64,000 nt of DNA. It comes from Lophium mytilinum. Lineage: Eukaryota. Shown here piece after piece: positions 45,842-58,040 of this stretch; within the stretch, counting starts at the first letter, position 1; every line of letters starts with the position of its first letter. Made by a program: the position numbers and the translations under genes. The stretch is from NCBI GenBank assembly GCA_010093605.1, contig MU004191.1:41397-105396 (forward strand). The letters are read 5' to 3'. The notes beneath the pieces were generated by a model. That model did not search any database. It worked only from the letters and a program-made list of their open reading frames with translations, and was not told where the DNA came from.

Positions 45842-47326
45842 TCACTCAACCATGAACAAGATACGCCAGAGTGGTTCGTGTCCAGTTCGAAGCGAATCTC
45901 GGAAGATACGATACTCTCTCCGAAAGGGAGAAGCTATGTGAGTTTGCGTCATCTTCTGCAAGCTTTGGCTGATTCCGACTCCATGTAGTTCCAGAACACG
46001 GGAATGCGCACCACGCATGCTATGGTAGGCGGGCCCATAATCCTCCGTGAGACTCTCGAGAAACACCGAAGAAAGGCGAGGTAGCTGTGCCATCGACGCG
46101 AAGACCTCTCGCCACGTCAACAGGCTATTAAGATGAATATCGCGCATGCTTATGCTCTCGAGAGTGGCACTGCATCTGCTGAAAAATTGGAGCAGCTGGA
46201 CTGCTCTGACAAAGCTATCGCTAATACCCAAACGGACGAGAGCCGGAAATCTGTGCAGGCAGTCGTAGGATTCGCGTTGCAGCCAACCGCCAAGGAATCG
46301 AGATTTGCTATTGGAGTACTGGAGCTCTTCGATATGGTTGTGCATGCCGGCAGATTCGAGTAGGCCGAGAACCCGAGTGGCCGACTCATAAGTGTCTTCG
46401 TGGCGTATGGACAAGCTCCGAAGATGGCTCTGGACTATGTTTCCCCACGCGACATTCGTTGGGTTCCAAGACCGGCTGTTCCGTGCGTCCCAAGGGTCAT
46501 GGACGTGGTAGATCAAGTTGGGCAGGACCATGGAAACATCGACATTGATAGATGAGATATTACTGATTTTCAGGGCCCTAGCGATGACCTCGTGCGCTGG
46601 ATACAGAGATTTGGATGTTAAGATCCCGGATAGTATTCCCCCCGTGAACATCTCACGAGGAAGGTATCTGCTATGGTAGTCACCTCCACCGTAGCCACCT
46701 CCCAGTTCAGCGATCGTGGAAGGCGCGTACAACTTTCGATGTTCCCAATGCTTCTGAAGCGACGTCGTCTTGCTGGCGTTCGGAGAGATGTCCTCGGGCT
46801 TCTCCAACGGAAGAGAGCTTATTTGAACAGCTTCCAGGTTTTTAAAGTTTCGAAACGCCGCCCCCAACATATCGACATCTTTTCCATTGGCCCGCATCTC
46901 GTTCTGGTGGATGAGTAGCAGGTAAAACAGCTGGAAATCCTGGTCAATAACACCCCGTTTCACTGGGTTACAGTCCGGGTCGAGAAGCTGCTGGACATAT
47001 CCCCGGTCTATGGCCCTACATGCGAAAGAGACGTATTTGATGCGGTTCGATAGTTTGGAGTCCATGGAAAGGTTGACGAGGCACGCAAGGTTTTGATAAG
47101 TCATGACTAGCTGGATCGCCTGGGGATAGTTTGCCTGAAAGACGGAATTTGACTGAATGCAGAGCTCCTTGCATGTCTGCCGGAGGGATCCGACACTATT
47201 TAGGTCGAGGCATCCGCATATAAACCGCACTAGCTCGGTAGGTAAGCTCAAGAGACGTGACTCGGTGGATGTGGTTGCCTCCGGAGGCTCCGGCGGAGGC
47301 TCGAGGGCGTGAGTGAGGATAGACAT
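45842..47326 (-). CDS. F-box protein (tandem paralogue A)
   Basis: LLSLPTELVRFICGCLDLNSVGSLRQTCKEL; LRR-like C-terminus; intronless 494 aa. Confidence 0.88.
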   Translation of the reverse strand: MSILTHALEPPPEPPEATTSTESRLLSLPTELVRFICGCLDLNSVGSLRQTCKELCIQSNSVFQANYPQAIQLVMTYQNLACLVNLSMDSKLSNRIKYVSFACRAIDRGYVQQLLDPDCNPVKRGVIDQDFQLFYLLLIHQNEMRANGKDVDMLGAAFRNFKNLEAVQISSLPLEKPEDISPNASKTTSLQKHWEHRKLYAPSTIAELGGGYGGGDYHSRYLPREMFTGGILSGILTSKSLYPAHEVIARALKISNISSINVDVSMVLPNLIYHVHDPWDARNSRSWNPTNVAWGNIVQSHLRSLSIRHEDTYESATRVLGLLESAGMHNHIEELQYSNSKSRFLGGWLQRESYDCLHRFPALVRLGISDSFVRAVQLLQFFSRCSATLESISMRDIHLNSLLTWREVFASMAQLPRLSSVFLESLTEDYGPAYHSMRGAHSRVLELHGVGISQSLQKMTQTHIASPFRREYRIFRDSLRTGHEPLWRILFMVE

Positions 47327-48757
47327 GATGATGTCGGTCGTAGCGTGTTACTTTGATGGACGTTGAAGAGGTTTGCGGTCGGCGATGTGAGGTACTCGAT
47401 CTTTAAATGGGCGAGGGTAAAGTGCGTGGTTGTCAAGACCTCGCTACCAGACTCTTAGAGACACGTAGCCACAACGACCACGAGAAGCTCCTGAGCAGAG
47501 CTAGAGTCCAGTTTTCCACCGTATGATCTGCGCAAGTATGGAAAATAGCTAATACTTAAGTTCTCCGATGAAATAGCGGAGTGTGCTCGAGGTGACGAAG
47601 GTAAAGAAGCTTGAGGTCGCACAGTAGTTGCAATCTGTCATAAACTGTCAACCGTGGATGTTTCTAAAGCGAACCATGGGACACGAGTCCGAATGAGACT
47701 TTTCATCGCTAACCTTGAGGTCAAGGTTTTTCTCGGATCTCTGAGCTAGTCGTGAAGCAACCTCGAAAGCTGGCAGACGTGCGGATTAAGTTTATAGTGA
47801 GATGGAGTCAAGGAGCTATTCCAGCAGCGCAGTCAAACTATGTCCTAGTATCAAAAAGTTAAATGTTCAAATGAAGTAAAGAAGGCCCTCCGGCATCATA
47901 AAGTAACAAAAATCGTTTTCATATAGCAGCCTACGCTTGCCTAGCGTTCACAAAGCGTTTTATGTGAACCATCACGAGAGGAGGCGTATCATAATTCTGG
48001 TCACGATCATGGAGATACTAAGAAAGCAGTAGAATTGAAGATTCAGTTCTCCAAGAAGCGTCAGAAGCTAGAAGTCCCTGAGCTAGCAAGGTCTCGGTCA
48101 TTCGTGACCCTCCTGATATGCATTCCCAACCCTTGACCTCTTTACTCGCTGTCGCATTGTTCTTGCAATCCAGAAATTAATGATAGAGACTGAAAAGAAA
48201 GTTTGGGAAGGATGTTAGGAAAGTAGAAGTAGAGGTAAGGAAATGTAAATGTGTACTTGAAACTGGGGAGTGAATAAAAATCATGGGCATGTAAGTGGGA
48301 TTCCAAATCTGAGACCCGGACTCGAGATTTGATGGTGCAACACTATTGCAGAAAACCTGTGTCCACTCGTTTGGCACTGTTGAGAGGGCTCTCATCTTGT
48401 TTGAGAGCTCTAGACGCGATAAAAAGAGGCATAGGGTAGGATGCAGGCTGACTTTAAGCAGGCTAGCCGTCTAGCAGCTGAGCTGCTCTTAGTAGTGTTG
48501 CCTCATAGATGAGAATGGCACTTCAGCAGCGGACCATGACTTGGTCCTGTAGTGTCCCAGGTGTAGTGGTTGAAAGTAGCTGAATGATGGAGGAGATCCC
48601 TATGCGGGCTTTGTCAGACCTCGAGGGTTATGTCGTTCGTGAAGCCCCAGTGTCGTTAGTCTTCCGCGGATTTTGTAGTCTGATTTCCTTGGCCGAAGGC
48701 ACCGAGGTAAATTTGATCAGTGACCGGCTGCCTGCCTTCGTGACATCAATTTCAGTC

Positions 48758-50245
48758 TCAAAAATGAACCACCGCCATGTTAAAGGGAGGCTGCCAAAAC
48801 AGGCCCTGGCCTAGTCGTAGCTTGGAAACAGCAAGCTTCAGCCCTGGCGATATCTCTTTGCCTCGAAGCCTTAGATGCTGTTGGCCAGTATTCGGTAGCG
48901 GGTTTACTAGCGCGGGAGTCTCCTGACGCAGGTTTCTCAGATGCACCAAGGAAAGGCGAAGCATTTGTTCCAGGCACTCAAGCACCAGAGTCCAAGAGTC
49001 TCCCGGAAAGTAGAGATTGACGTTTTCCAGAGTGATGTCCTCGAGCATCGGCCCAACATCCGACAATAAGCCATGAAGCTCTCCAACGCGGCTGAATCCA
49101 GTATCGTTGATAGTCAAGTGCTTTAGAGCACGCCAATGGAACGCAGACAAATCCAGAATTCTATCCCGATGATGATACAAATGTGAGAACCTGAACTCTT
49201 CAAGTCGTTCTGACACCGAAGTCACCCTGAGCAGGTTGCTCGTCCATTCGGTCATATCACACAGCTTGCCGTACTCCGCGTGAATCACTAGACTGCGGAG
49301 GTGCCGCTCCGCCAATCTTCTCCACGACGTGGTGGCGAGATCGAACGGCTCATGATTCCAGCTGTCAAGGGAGCTGCAAATAGGCTCGAAATCGGCGTCC
49401 CACGAAGAGAACGGGGGCGAGAGTGATACCGTAACGTCAACTTGAATGGTCTGGCGGTCGCTCTTCTCAAGGGCTTCTACGACTACATCGTTCAAGGGAT
49501 GCAGGGATAATAGCACGAACTGCTCTATTTCGAGTTTCATCCTGTCTACAACTGCTTCAGCTTTGAGACTCCTCTTGAAGGGGGTGATGAGATGTGCTCT
49601 AGGACTTTCATATTGGTCAAAGTCTTCCGAGGCCCATTGTCGCTGCAGAGACATGGTCTTCCCAACGGCCGGAGACGGATCGCCGACCGTCTCTTCTGTG
49701 AATAGGTAACACAGCTGAACGATTTTGAGATTTGTGAAATTCGTGAAGGCCTTGACGAACTGGCAGACGTCAGAACCATCTTTTTCCATACCCCTTTGTT
49801 CATCTAGTAGATAGAGAAAGGCCTTGACTTCGTCGCTGGGTTCAAGGTGGTCGTCGAAATTGGAGTCATCAGAATCGAGTTCAGTGGAAAGACCAGAGGA
49901 CTGAACTTGGCAGTAGCAGTGACTTTCGTTCACGGGCTGGGAAACGATTGAGAGATATTGAACATAGCTGCCGAGATCTTGAGAGGATACGGCCACAAGA
50001 TTCTTTAAAGCCCGGCGTGAGACGATGGTACGAAGAGCCCGGAAGTAGGTAGTTCCGAAGTGATAAAGTGACTTGTCCCGTAGCTCTTTGCAGGTCAGTC
50101 GAACGGCTTTCAAGTTGTCAAGATCCAGCCATTCGCACACGCCTTGGATCATTTCGGTGGCCAGATCCAGGATATATGCTGTGTGAGTCAGCATTGCTGT
50201 GGTTGAAGGAGGCTCTCCGGGAGGCTGTTGAACGCCGGACGACAT
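48758..50245 (-). CDS. F-box protein (tandem paralogue B)
   Basis: ILDLATEMIQGVCEWLDLDNLKAVRLTCKELRD; collinear with paralogue A (KTMSLQRQW vs KTTSLQKHW, RHLRSLVI vs SHLRSLSI); intronless 495 aa. Confidence 0.88.
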   Translation of the reverse strand: MSSGVQQPPGEPPSTTAMLTHTAYILDLATEMIQGVCEWLDLDNLKAVRLTCKELRDKSLYHFGTTYFRALRTIVSRRALKNLVAVSSQDLGSYVQYLSIVSQPVNESHCYCQVQSSGLSTELDSDDSNFDDHLEPSDEVKAFLYLLDEQRGMEKDGSDVCQFVKAFTNFTNLKIVQLCYLFTEETVGDPSPAVGKTMSLQRQWASEDFDQYESPRAHLITPFKRSLKAEAVVDRMKLEIEQFVLLSLHPLNDVVVEALEKSDRQTIQVDVTVSLSPPFSSWDADFEPICSSLDSWNHEPFDLATTSWRRLAERHLRSLVIHAEYGKLCDMTEWTSNLLRVTSVSERLEEFRFSHLYHHRDRILDLSAFHWRALKHLTINDTGFSRVGELHGLLSDVGPMLEDITLENVNLYFPGDSWTLVLECLEQMLRLSLVHLRNLRQETPALVNPLPNTGQQHLRLRGKEISPGLKLAVSKLRLGQGLFWQPPFNMAVVHF

Positions 50246-51189
50246 CGTGGTAGCGCCGGATTAGAATAATTGTTGTTGGCGAGTTCGAAGATGTAGAAGA
50301 GATGTAGTGATATAGTGGAATTGTCGTTCAAGGCTGAAGGAGTTGGCACCTCACTAATCAGAGAGGCTACCAGAATGTATGAAGCAGAGATTGAAGGACA
50401 AAGACCTCAATAAAAGACCTTTCCTGGCAAGGAGCTTGCCGATATTGTCGAGTAGACGGTGATGAAGAATTGCTATTGGTGATGAGACGCTTAGAAGAAG
50501 TAGAGAGGAAGTCGTCGGACTAGATTCGTCCAAAAGGTAGATATAGTGAGAAGGTCCACGCGCTAGCGTTTTGTATACTCCAGTGACTTTATATGAAGTG
50601 AGGAAGCAAGCGATGATATGATGGAGGTCGATGGCGTAGGATTAACGTGAGTACGCAAAGGTGATATACCACCTAAATTTCCCCACAAGCATAAAAGGAT
50701 GACTCCGTAACTCAGATGGCCCAAAGTTACCCATGTGTGGGAAACTTAAAGACGCTGAGTTGGGGATCGACTCGTAGAGAGGTCACCTTTTTGGTATTTT
50801 CTTTTTAGAGGACTCTCGTCCATTCACTATCCACCCCACGAGAAGCCGAGGGTGAGAATATGAGACGGAAAGACGTTGAGAAAACGTGGAGTGGAAGGAA
50901 CGTGAATGTACGCTACCGTGAATGCTCTTACATGTCCAGGTGTTACCTCCTTCCCATTATTCACCCCTTCTCCACGACTATCTCAAGAGCCGTAGAAAGA
51001 TCCCGAGGACTTTGCGTAAAACATACATGAATATACACTACCCGTGGTATCTACCCAGTCGCTGCGCTAAATGCTCCTCGGCGCGTACGCACCGTGTAAG
51101 AACTGCTTCATGCCGCTACAATACCTGGAACTGCCAATGCTCAAAAGCTCTAAGGGAAATGCCTATCTTCGAGACTCTGCATTATCCCC

Positions 51190-52589
51190 CTAAAGCGACG
51201 ATCTCTTCGCTAGAAACGGGAACACATGCCCTAGCCCACCCCCGGAGTCCTCATCTACAGGCCGCATGACCTTCTCATCACTTGGCCCTGAATCCTCCGT
51301 GAACTCAGGGTGAGAGTCTCGTCGGACGGCCGCCGCCCCATCCTCAGCCGCATTCTCAGTACCCTCAGTCCCTATCATCGCGGCCTTCCCACCGACATGT
51401 TCTTCCAACCATGAATTTTGCTCCCTCATCGCAGCCCTCTTCCCCGCATAATGCTCTTCCAGCCACTTATGCTGCTCCTTCTCCAGCCTCAGCGTCTCCT
51501 CCACCTCCCTCCCCATCTTCGCCACTTCCTCCTCCATCAACTCGTCCGCAGTCATATTCGACTTCCTCTCCTCCTCTTCCTTAGCTCTCCGCACTTCCTC
51601 CAGCCGCCACGCCGCCTTCTCCGGCGCCGTCCTCGCCCACAACGCCTCCAACTCCTCCAACCACCCCGCTGCCTCCGCCAGCTTCCGCACTCCCGCATCG
51701 CAATCCCCCAGCACCAGCACATCGTCGGGGCGCGAACCAATACCGCCGACCTGCTCCATATTGAGAAGGACCCGCGGGGTCTCCTCGCGACAGAGCGCTG
51801 GCAACCCCGCGAACGGCTGCACCGAGAGACTCGTGCCCATCACGATACACAAATGCGCCTGCGTCGGCAGATCCCTGTTCGCGAAGAATTCGGCCGGCAG
51901 CTGCTCTCCAAAGAACACAATTTCCGGTTTCACGAGGCCGTTGCATGCCTTGTCCACACACCGCGGCACGCGCTTCTCTCTAATCGCATCCTTCATTCCT
52001 TGTTCGGGGTAGGCGGTTTTGCACTCGATACAGCTTTGGCGCGCGAAGCTGCCGTGGGCTTCGACGATCTTGTCCCCCGGGACGCCGGCTTCGCGCTCGA
52101 GGCAGTCGATGTTTTGGGTGAAGAGTTTGAGGAGGATTCCCTTGTCGTGGAGGAGGCGGATGAAGGAGTGGGTGATTGTGGGGCGGTATTTGCCGGGGTA
52201 GAGTTCTTGGGCGAGGGTGTAGAAGGGGAGGGGGTTGTTGCGGAAGTAGGCGATGTCGAAAACGGCTTCGGCGTAGGGGAGGTTGAGGCGCGCGAGGTTG
52301 GCGTAGAGGCCGGTTGTTGGGGAGCGGAAGTCGGGGATGCCTGCAGAGGTGGATATGCCGGCGCCTGTCTGTGGAAACCGTTAGGGAGGGTTCATGATGG
52401 ATAGCTCAGATAGTAAGAAGCAAGAAGAGATCGACTTACCATCACAACCACCCGTTCCCCCCTCTCCCCCTCCTCCCCCCTCTTCTCCAGTGCCTTCAAC
52501 ATCCTCCCCACTGCCTCTACAGATCTATTCTCCAGCGTCTGCGTCGGCGTATCCTCATCCACTAACGGCAGCGAGTTCTCCTGCCCCAT
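51190..52589 (-). CDS. HST2: NAD-dependent protein deacetylase, class I sirtuin (Hst2/SIRT2-like); intron 52439-52369
   Basis: VVVM|TGAGISTSAGIPDFRS, FTQNIDCLE, EAHGSF, CxxC..CxxxxC, KPEIVFFGE, GTSLSVQPF. Confidence 0.9.
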
Positions 52590-54035
52590 CTTGCCTCTCC
52601 GTCCTTTTCCCTTCTCTTTGCCCTTTCCTTTGCCTTTAGCTCTGCCTCTCTTATCGAAGACAATATCGTCGTCGGCGGCGTCTTCCCACTTGTTCGCCTT
52701 GCTGCCCCGAAAATGCTCGCGGTGAGCGTTCTTATGATGCTTGCGCGCTATGTTTGCGAGGGGTGGAAACGGGTGAGGGTGTTGGGTTTTCGGTGGACAA
52801 TTGTAGTTATTTGCTAGAGTGGGAAAGTTGAGGGCGCGTGCTTGAGCGAGCTGGTAGAACGTTGTAGTATAAGAACAAGTGGTAAGAGGAAGGGCTGCGG
52901 AAGATGATCAGGCTGTGGGGTGGGGACGAGGTCGAGAATTATTAGGCAGCCCCGCGGGATGCGCGAGTCATGCATTGACGGCAATCACATGGGGATGGGC
53001 TTGGCATATCAAGTTCACTTCTTATACTACATGGAAGTTACATGAGTATTCGTTCTTTTACCTGAAGTTCTGAAGGGGAATATGAAGATTAATGGGATCG
53101 ATTGCGAAATTTAGTTTGTTTTAGCGGTGATCGACAAGTGGTATAAGGGTAGGATAGCAGCATGCACCTCGATTTTAGCTACTCTTGTATAATAGGATAA
53201 CTGGCTTGAAAGCAGAAGCAACAATTCGAAATGCCTATCTCAACTCGAGCCGCTAAGATGAACGGGGAAGAAAGTGGGTGAATGTCATGCGGGGCATGAA
53301 AAAGGTGGCACTCCATCTGCGTCTTATATGTACATCTGTCTGCCGCTGCTTATAGTGCTCCAATGCATTCTAAAAATATAAAGGAGGTAGGAACTCTTAG
53401 CTTCGGGCTATATAGAAACGTGTTGAAGCACTCCAAGCAGTGGCAAACCGGTGCACTTACTACTTACCAGGGAAATAGAAGACAGTGGTAGTTAAGTGGC
53501 AGTAGATACTAGCAGTCTACAAATCCGTAAGGTATACCCATGATTATTGTGCTTGTTTAGCACCGTTAGGGCTCCTCTAGTATGCTATTGTTACTCATAA
53601 AGTACTAGCTTTGGCAAGCGTGATAGCTCTCCAGGCCACCTCAGACGGTGTTGAATTGCTTAAGTGTGCCACTTTTTTTCTGCCTAGCGTGGGTGTGTTG
53701 CCCAACACGGAAGGCTGAAAACAAGCCTTTGCCGAGACAGGCGGTGGCGCAGGCACGAATCTTGACCTGGCCCTGCCTGTTCTAGACGATGCATGACGTC
53801 GGTGTAGTTTCACGTCCTTGTTTACTTCTCCGGCCAGGGCCGCCTCTCCTGCAATCTCTCCACCACGCCCAATTGCTACAAAGGTATAATTCCACTGTCT
53901 CTCTCAGCTTGCACCTCTCGCCTGTCACTTCTGTCGCGACTTCTATACCTTTAGTCCTCTGCCGCGTAGGCAAAGGTCCATCCTCTTTCACCCCTAAAAC
54001 ACACCACAACATCAGGCCATCCATTCCTAAGCACC

Positions 54036-55763
54036 ATGGTCTCCCAACGAAGCCCGCGATGGCTTATCCTACCTGCGGCATATGCAGCCGTCGCATCTGC
54101 TGCCGCGGTTCCCTCTGCTACACCTACAGTCGTGGTGCCAGTACCGTTGGTTGCACCGGCGCCCCTTGTTACCCCTGCCGCGATTCAATTCGATTCGTTG
54201 CGGAGCTATTATCGAAGAAACATCCTCAGTGACATCGAGAACGATGGAAAGAGTATTCTTGGCGCGCTTGGAAGTGATGTTCCAAGCTATGTGCTTTCTG
54301 GTGAGTCAAACACATTGATGGAGTCGTGAAGTGCGAGAGTACTAGGAGACGCGCCATTTACCGCACGACTTAAGAGATACTCCCAATCTTTACGAAAATG
54401 CGGCTGGAGCGCTCAGCTACATGATTAATCGCTGGTCTAACATACTTCAGGCGTTCCCAACTTCTTCCAAGACTTTCCCACAGGCGACGCTGTCAAGAGC
54501 TCCCTCGGAATCAGCGACAGCGACCTGGCCGCAACCCCTACACAAGCCCTTCTCATCCCTCCATATGCCAATTGGACAAATGAAGGCTGGAACGTTCGCT
54601 TCCATGGCAACATCTACAAGACACCAAACATTAGCTCCTCTAAATTGGACGATCTGGCTAACAAGTTCCTCATCGGCACGGAACTGTCGAGCCTGCCGAC
54701 AGAGCAGCAGAACCAGGCCAGGAATTTGACCAAGGAAATCTTCGTCGTTCAGCAAGGAGGCGTCAATGTTTCCTTCCACCTCGAGCCGTCCCCATCAAAC
54801 GGCGCGTCTGGTCAACCAGGCGGAGGACAAGCCATTACTCCTGGAGGAGGAACGCAGAACATCACGTTTCCATACGAGACGACGGTTGAAGGTGACTTCG
54901 ATTCGTTTGTCCCGATCAAGAACGTTTCTGGCGCTGGACTGCTTGCCGGAAATGAAACCGAAAACATCCAGCGTATGAATGTCTACACGAACGGGTCCAT
55001 CGATGGCAACGCAACTGCCTACCTCGTCCCACCCACGGGCATTACCATCATCTCGGATATCGACGACATCCTGCGCGTTACTAAAATCTACGAGCCGAAA
55101 GAGGGCCTTCTCAACTCCTTCGCTCGTGCTTTCGTGCCGTGGATGAACATGCCCGACATCTACGCCAACTGGTCGCGCTCTCTCCCGAACAGCACGCATT
55201 TCCACTACCTGACCACGACGCCAGAGCAGGTGACGCGCAACTACATGGACTTCATCTACAAGACGTACCCCGGTGGCTCGTTTGATACGCGACCGCTGAA
55301 CTTCTCGGACGTCAACGCCACGCTCAGCATTCGCCTCTTCCTGCTCAACAAGATCTTCGACACGTACCCGGAGCGGAAGTTCGTACTAGTGGCGGATACA
55401 TCGAATGCGGATGTCATGAAAGATTACCCTCTGCTCGCACATGACCGGCCGAACAACGTCCAGTGCATTTTCCTCCGCAATACGTCGGCGACTGATGATG
55501 GCGACAAGCTGCCCTACGACACGAGCGGCTTCCAGGGACTCAACAACAAGAGCTACATGTTCTTCAAGACACCAGATGACCTTATGGGTCTGGATATCGC
55601 GAATGGGCAGTGTCTCAACCAGAGCATCCTGCAGAACCTGACGTTTGGGTATCAGGACGAGGCGATAGGAATTCACGGGGCGGCGGGCAAGACAGATGCC
55701 AGGAGCGGTGCGATTGGCAGCTTGCTTATTGCGATGGTGGCTGCATTGATGCTGATGGTGTAA
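54036..55763 (+). CDS. Secreted/anchored APP1-family (DUF2183) phosphatidate phosphatase-like protein; intron 54301-54450
   Basis: Signal peptide, IISDIDDILRVT, FHYLTTTPEQ, FVLVADTS..D, CIFLR, hydrophobic C-terminus. Confidence 0.82.
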
Positions 55764-56504
55764 TAACGGTAGAAAAGAAAGGGTAAGAACGATTCCAGTC
55801 ACGACAGGTTATGAGAGTTTGGGATGGCGTCGGCTGGGAATGGTGTACTGATTGCCTGTAATTATTATATTCATGCTGCCCTGAGCACTCCACCCATGTT
55901 CCCGTCGTGTGTCAGCCGTGAGAACTAAAGCTTGAACTTGATATCATCGGCGCATGTGCCAGCTGTTCAGTCGATATGCATGGCCGGAGCGGCGCATCAA
56001 TGCTGCAGGATGGGCACGTTTCACATGAAGACACGAAGGCAGCTCGGCTGCAAGGCTGAATGCGCAGTGCGAGGTCCGAGAGTTGGCGGGTGGTGATAGG
56101 CTTGTTGGTGTTGTGGCTGGTTGGCCAGCCACCGGCATTATTTTCGCATTGCGTCAGGCGGCACAAAGCTTGGCCTCTCGGTGCCGAGTCCCTCGTCCTC
56201 GACCCTCACAACCTTTCCATCACCACCATTCCCTCTCTCTTCTGACCAGCTGCAATTGCGCACGCTGTCTTCTCGTCGCTCTTTTCCAGCTCACCACGAG
56301 CTCCACGTTGCTCTCTTCTTCGTCGCATCTCGCCTCACCCCACCAACAAGGCGCTAGCACCATCCCGCATACATCCGCCAGGAACAACACCACTAGGCCA
56401 ACTACTACGCGCATAACACCACCTCACTCCTCGCGCAACTACACTCCACAGCGCCTTGCACGCTTCCTACTCACATCGCGAGAGCCTCGAGGCTCATCCA
56501 AAGC

Positions 56505-57160
56505 ATGCCAGCAATTCCAATCGCCGCCCGCGCCTCCGCGGCGCAGGTCGAGTCCTCTATCCGCAGCCTGCTCCCCCGTCTCTCCACTGCCGCCGCACGC
56601 CTACTGCGCCGCATACCACTCCCCTCAATCGCCGCAACCTCGAAACCGCGCCTCGAATCCCGCGCCGTTGCAGGCATAATACCCACCTACTACGAATTCA
56701 ACGGCCCGACACCCGGCACCACCGCGGGTATCGTGCTCGGCAGTGTCGCCGGCTTCCTGTTCCTCATCTGGCTCTTCTACTCGCTGTTCGGTGGGAACAT
56801 GTTCGCTGTCGCCGGGGGCGAGGAGGTAGTGGTTAGGAGACGGGGATCGCGGAGCCCGGGACATTCGAGACGGAGTCGGCGGAGTACAAGGACAGAGGTG
56901 CGGGAGGTTAGCCGGAGTCCACGGCGGGAGAGGGTGATTGTAGAGGAGAGGCGGGAGAGGCCGCGCCCGAGGAGTATTATCGTGGAGGAGAGGAGTCGGG
57001 TGCCTGGAGATGACATTGTGGAGGTTATCGAGGAGGAGGATATCAGACCGCCGAGGCGGGGGAGTGGAAGGAGGGGAAGCGGTTATGGGTAAGTCTCCCT
57101 TTCTTGGTGTGTGAGAAGAGTTGGATGGCTTGCTAATATGATTGTTCTTGCAGATACTAG
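56505..57160 (+). CDS. Single-pass membrane protein with Arg/Ser/Glu-rich tail; intron 57089-57153
   Basis: PGTTAGIVLGSVAGFLFLIWLFY TM segment, RSRSP/VIVEERR tail; gg|gtaagt...gctaat...cag|a tac tag. Confidence 0.8.
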
Positions 57161-58040
57161 ATATCACGAGCCGATTGCACATCCCTACGATTACCACCAT
57201 CCACGACATACCATCCGATCCAGGACTGTTCAGATCCGCCCCAAGTCTCCGTCACCCATTATGTTCGACCTTCTCCAACTTCTCAACATACCTTTCCCTG
57301 TCTCTACTTTCTTTCCTGTCGATACATGTAACAATTCCTTTCCGCGATATCCCTTTTTGCGAGTCGCACCTGTCAAATGTTTTGGAGCTACAGATCCGTA
57401 CCGAGCATGGGCGTCAGCGAGACGCCAGCAAGTTGAGCATGGGTAGCGTAGTGCATTCAGGCACCTGGAGTTACAGGTCGGATGTGGACTCGAGAAGGTA
57501 GCCATGTTTTGAGGGGATCAATGGAGGGGCTAGATACGGGCTTAGGAAGATATAGCGCGAATGCCACTGGCACGTATAGGCGCTCTCAATTCAATAAATA
57601 GTGTTAATTTTAGCTTCATTTGCGATTTGTGTGCTCTAAGCTAGAATGGCGGTTGAATGATTGGCCCGGCGCGTTGTCGGCGTCATAAACAGCCAATCAT
57701 GCCTACTGGAACTTTTACTCACAGGTCCATACTGAGGATAAAGGTATCTCACCGTGGTTATCGAGAACAGGGAGAGCCACTTCCTAATGCAACCCCAGCG
57801 TATTGGTCTCGGGGCGCAGTTTGGGAGACTGGAGAAGTTGTTGCAGAGCGTTGCTCGCCTTCAATTTGGTCTTGTTCAAGTACTAAGCTAGCTAACAATA
57901 CCCCACATTTACAGACTTCAGCAGCATAAGGAGCGACTGCTACGATCACCACATAAGACCGAGATAGCCCAGGTCTCCTTCGTCTTTGAGCCATCAACCT
58001 TTCCAGCCCACTTGCTCTCCTCCGTGGCCCAATCCCTACT

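Noticed and set aside
51418..52404. 328-aa plus-strand ORF
   Set aside because: Antisense shadow of the sirtuin CDS caused by codon bias
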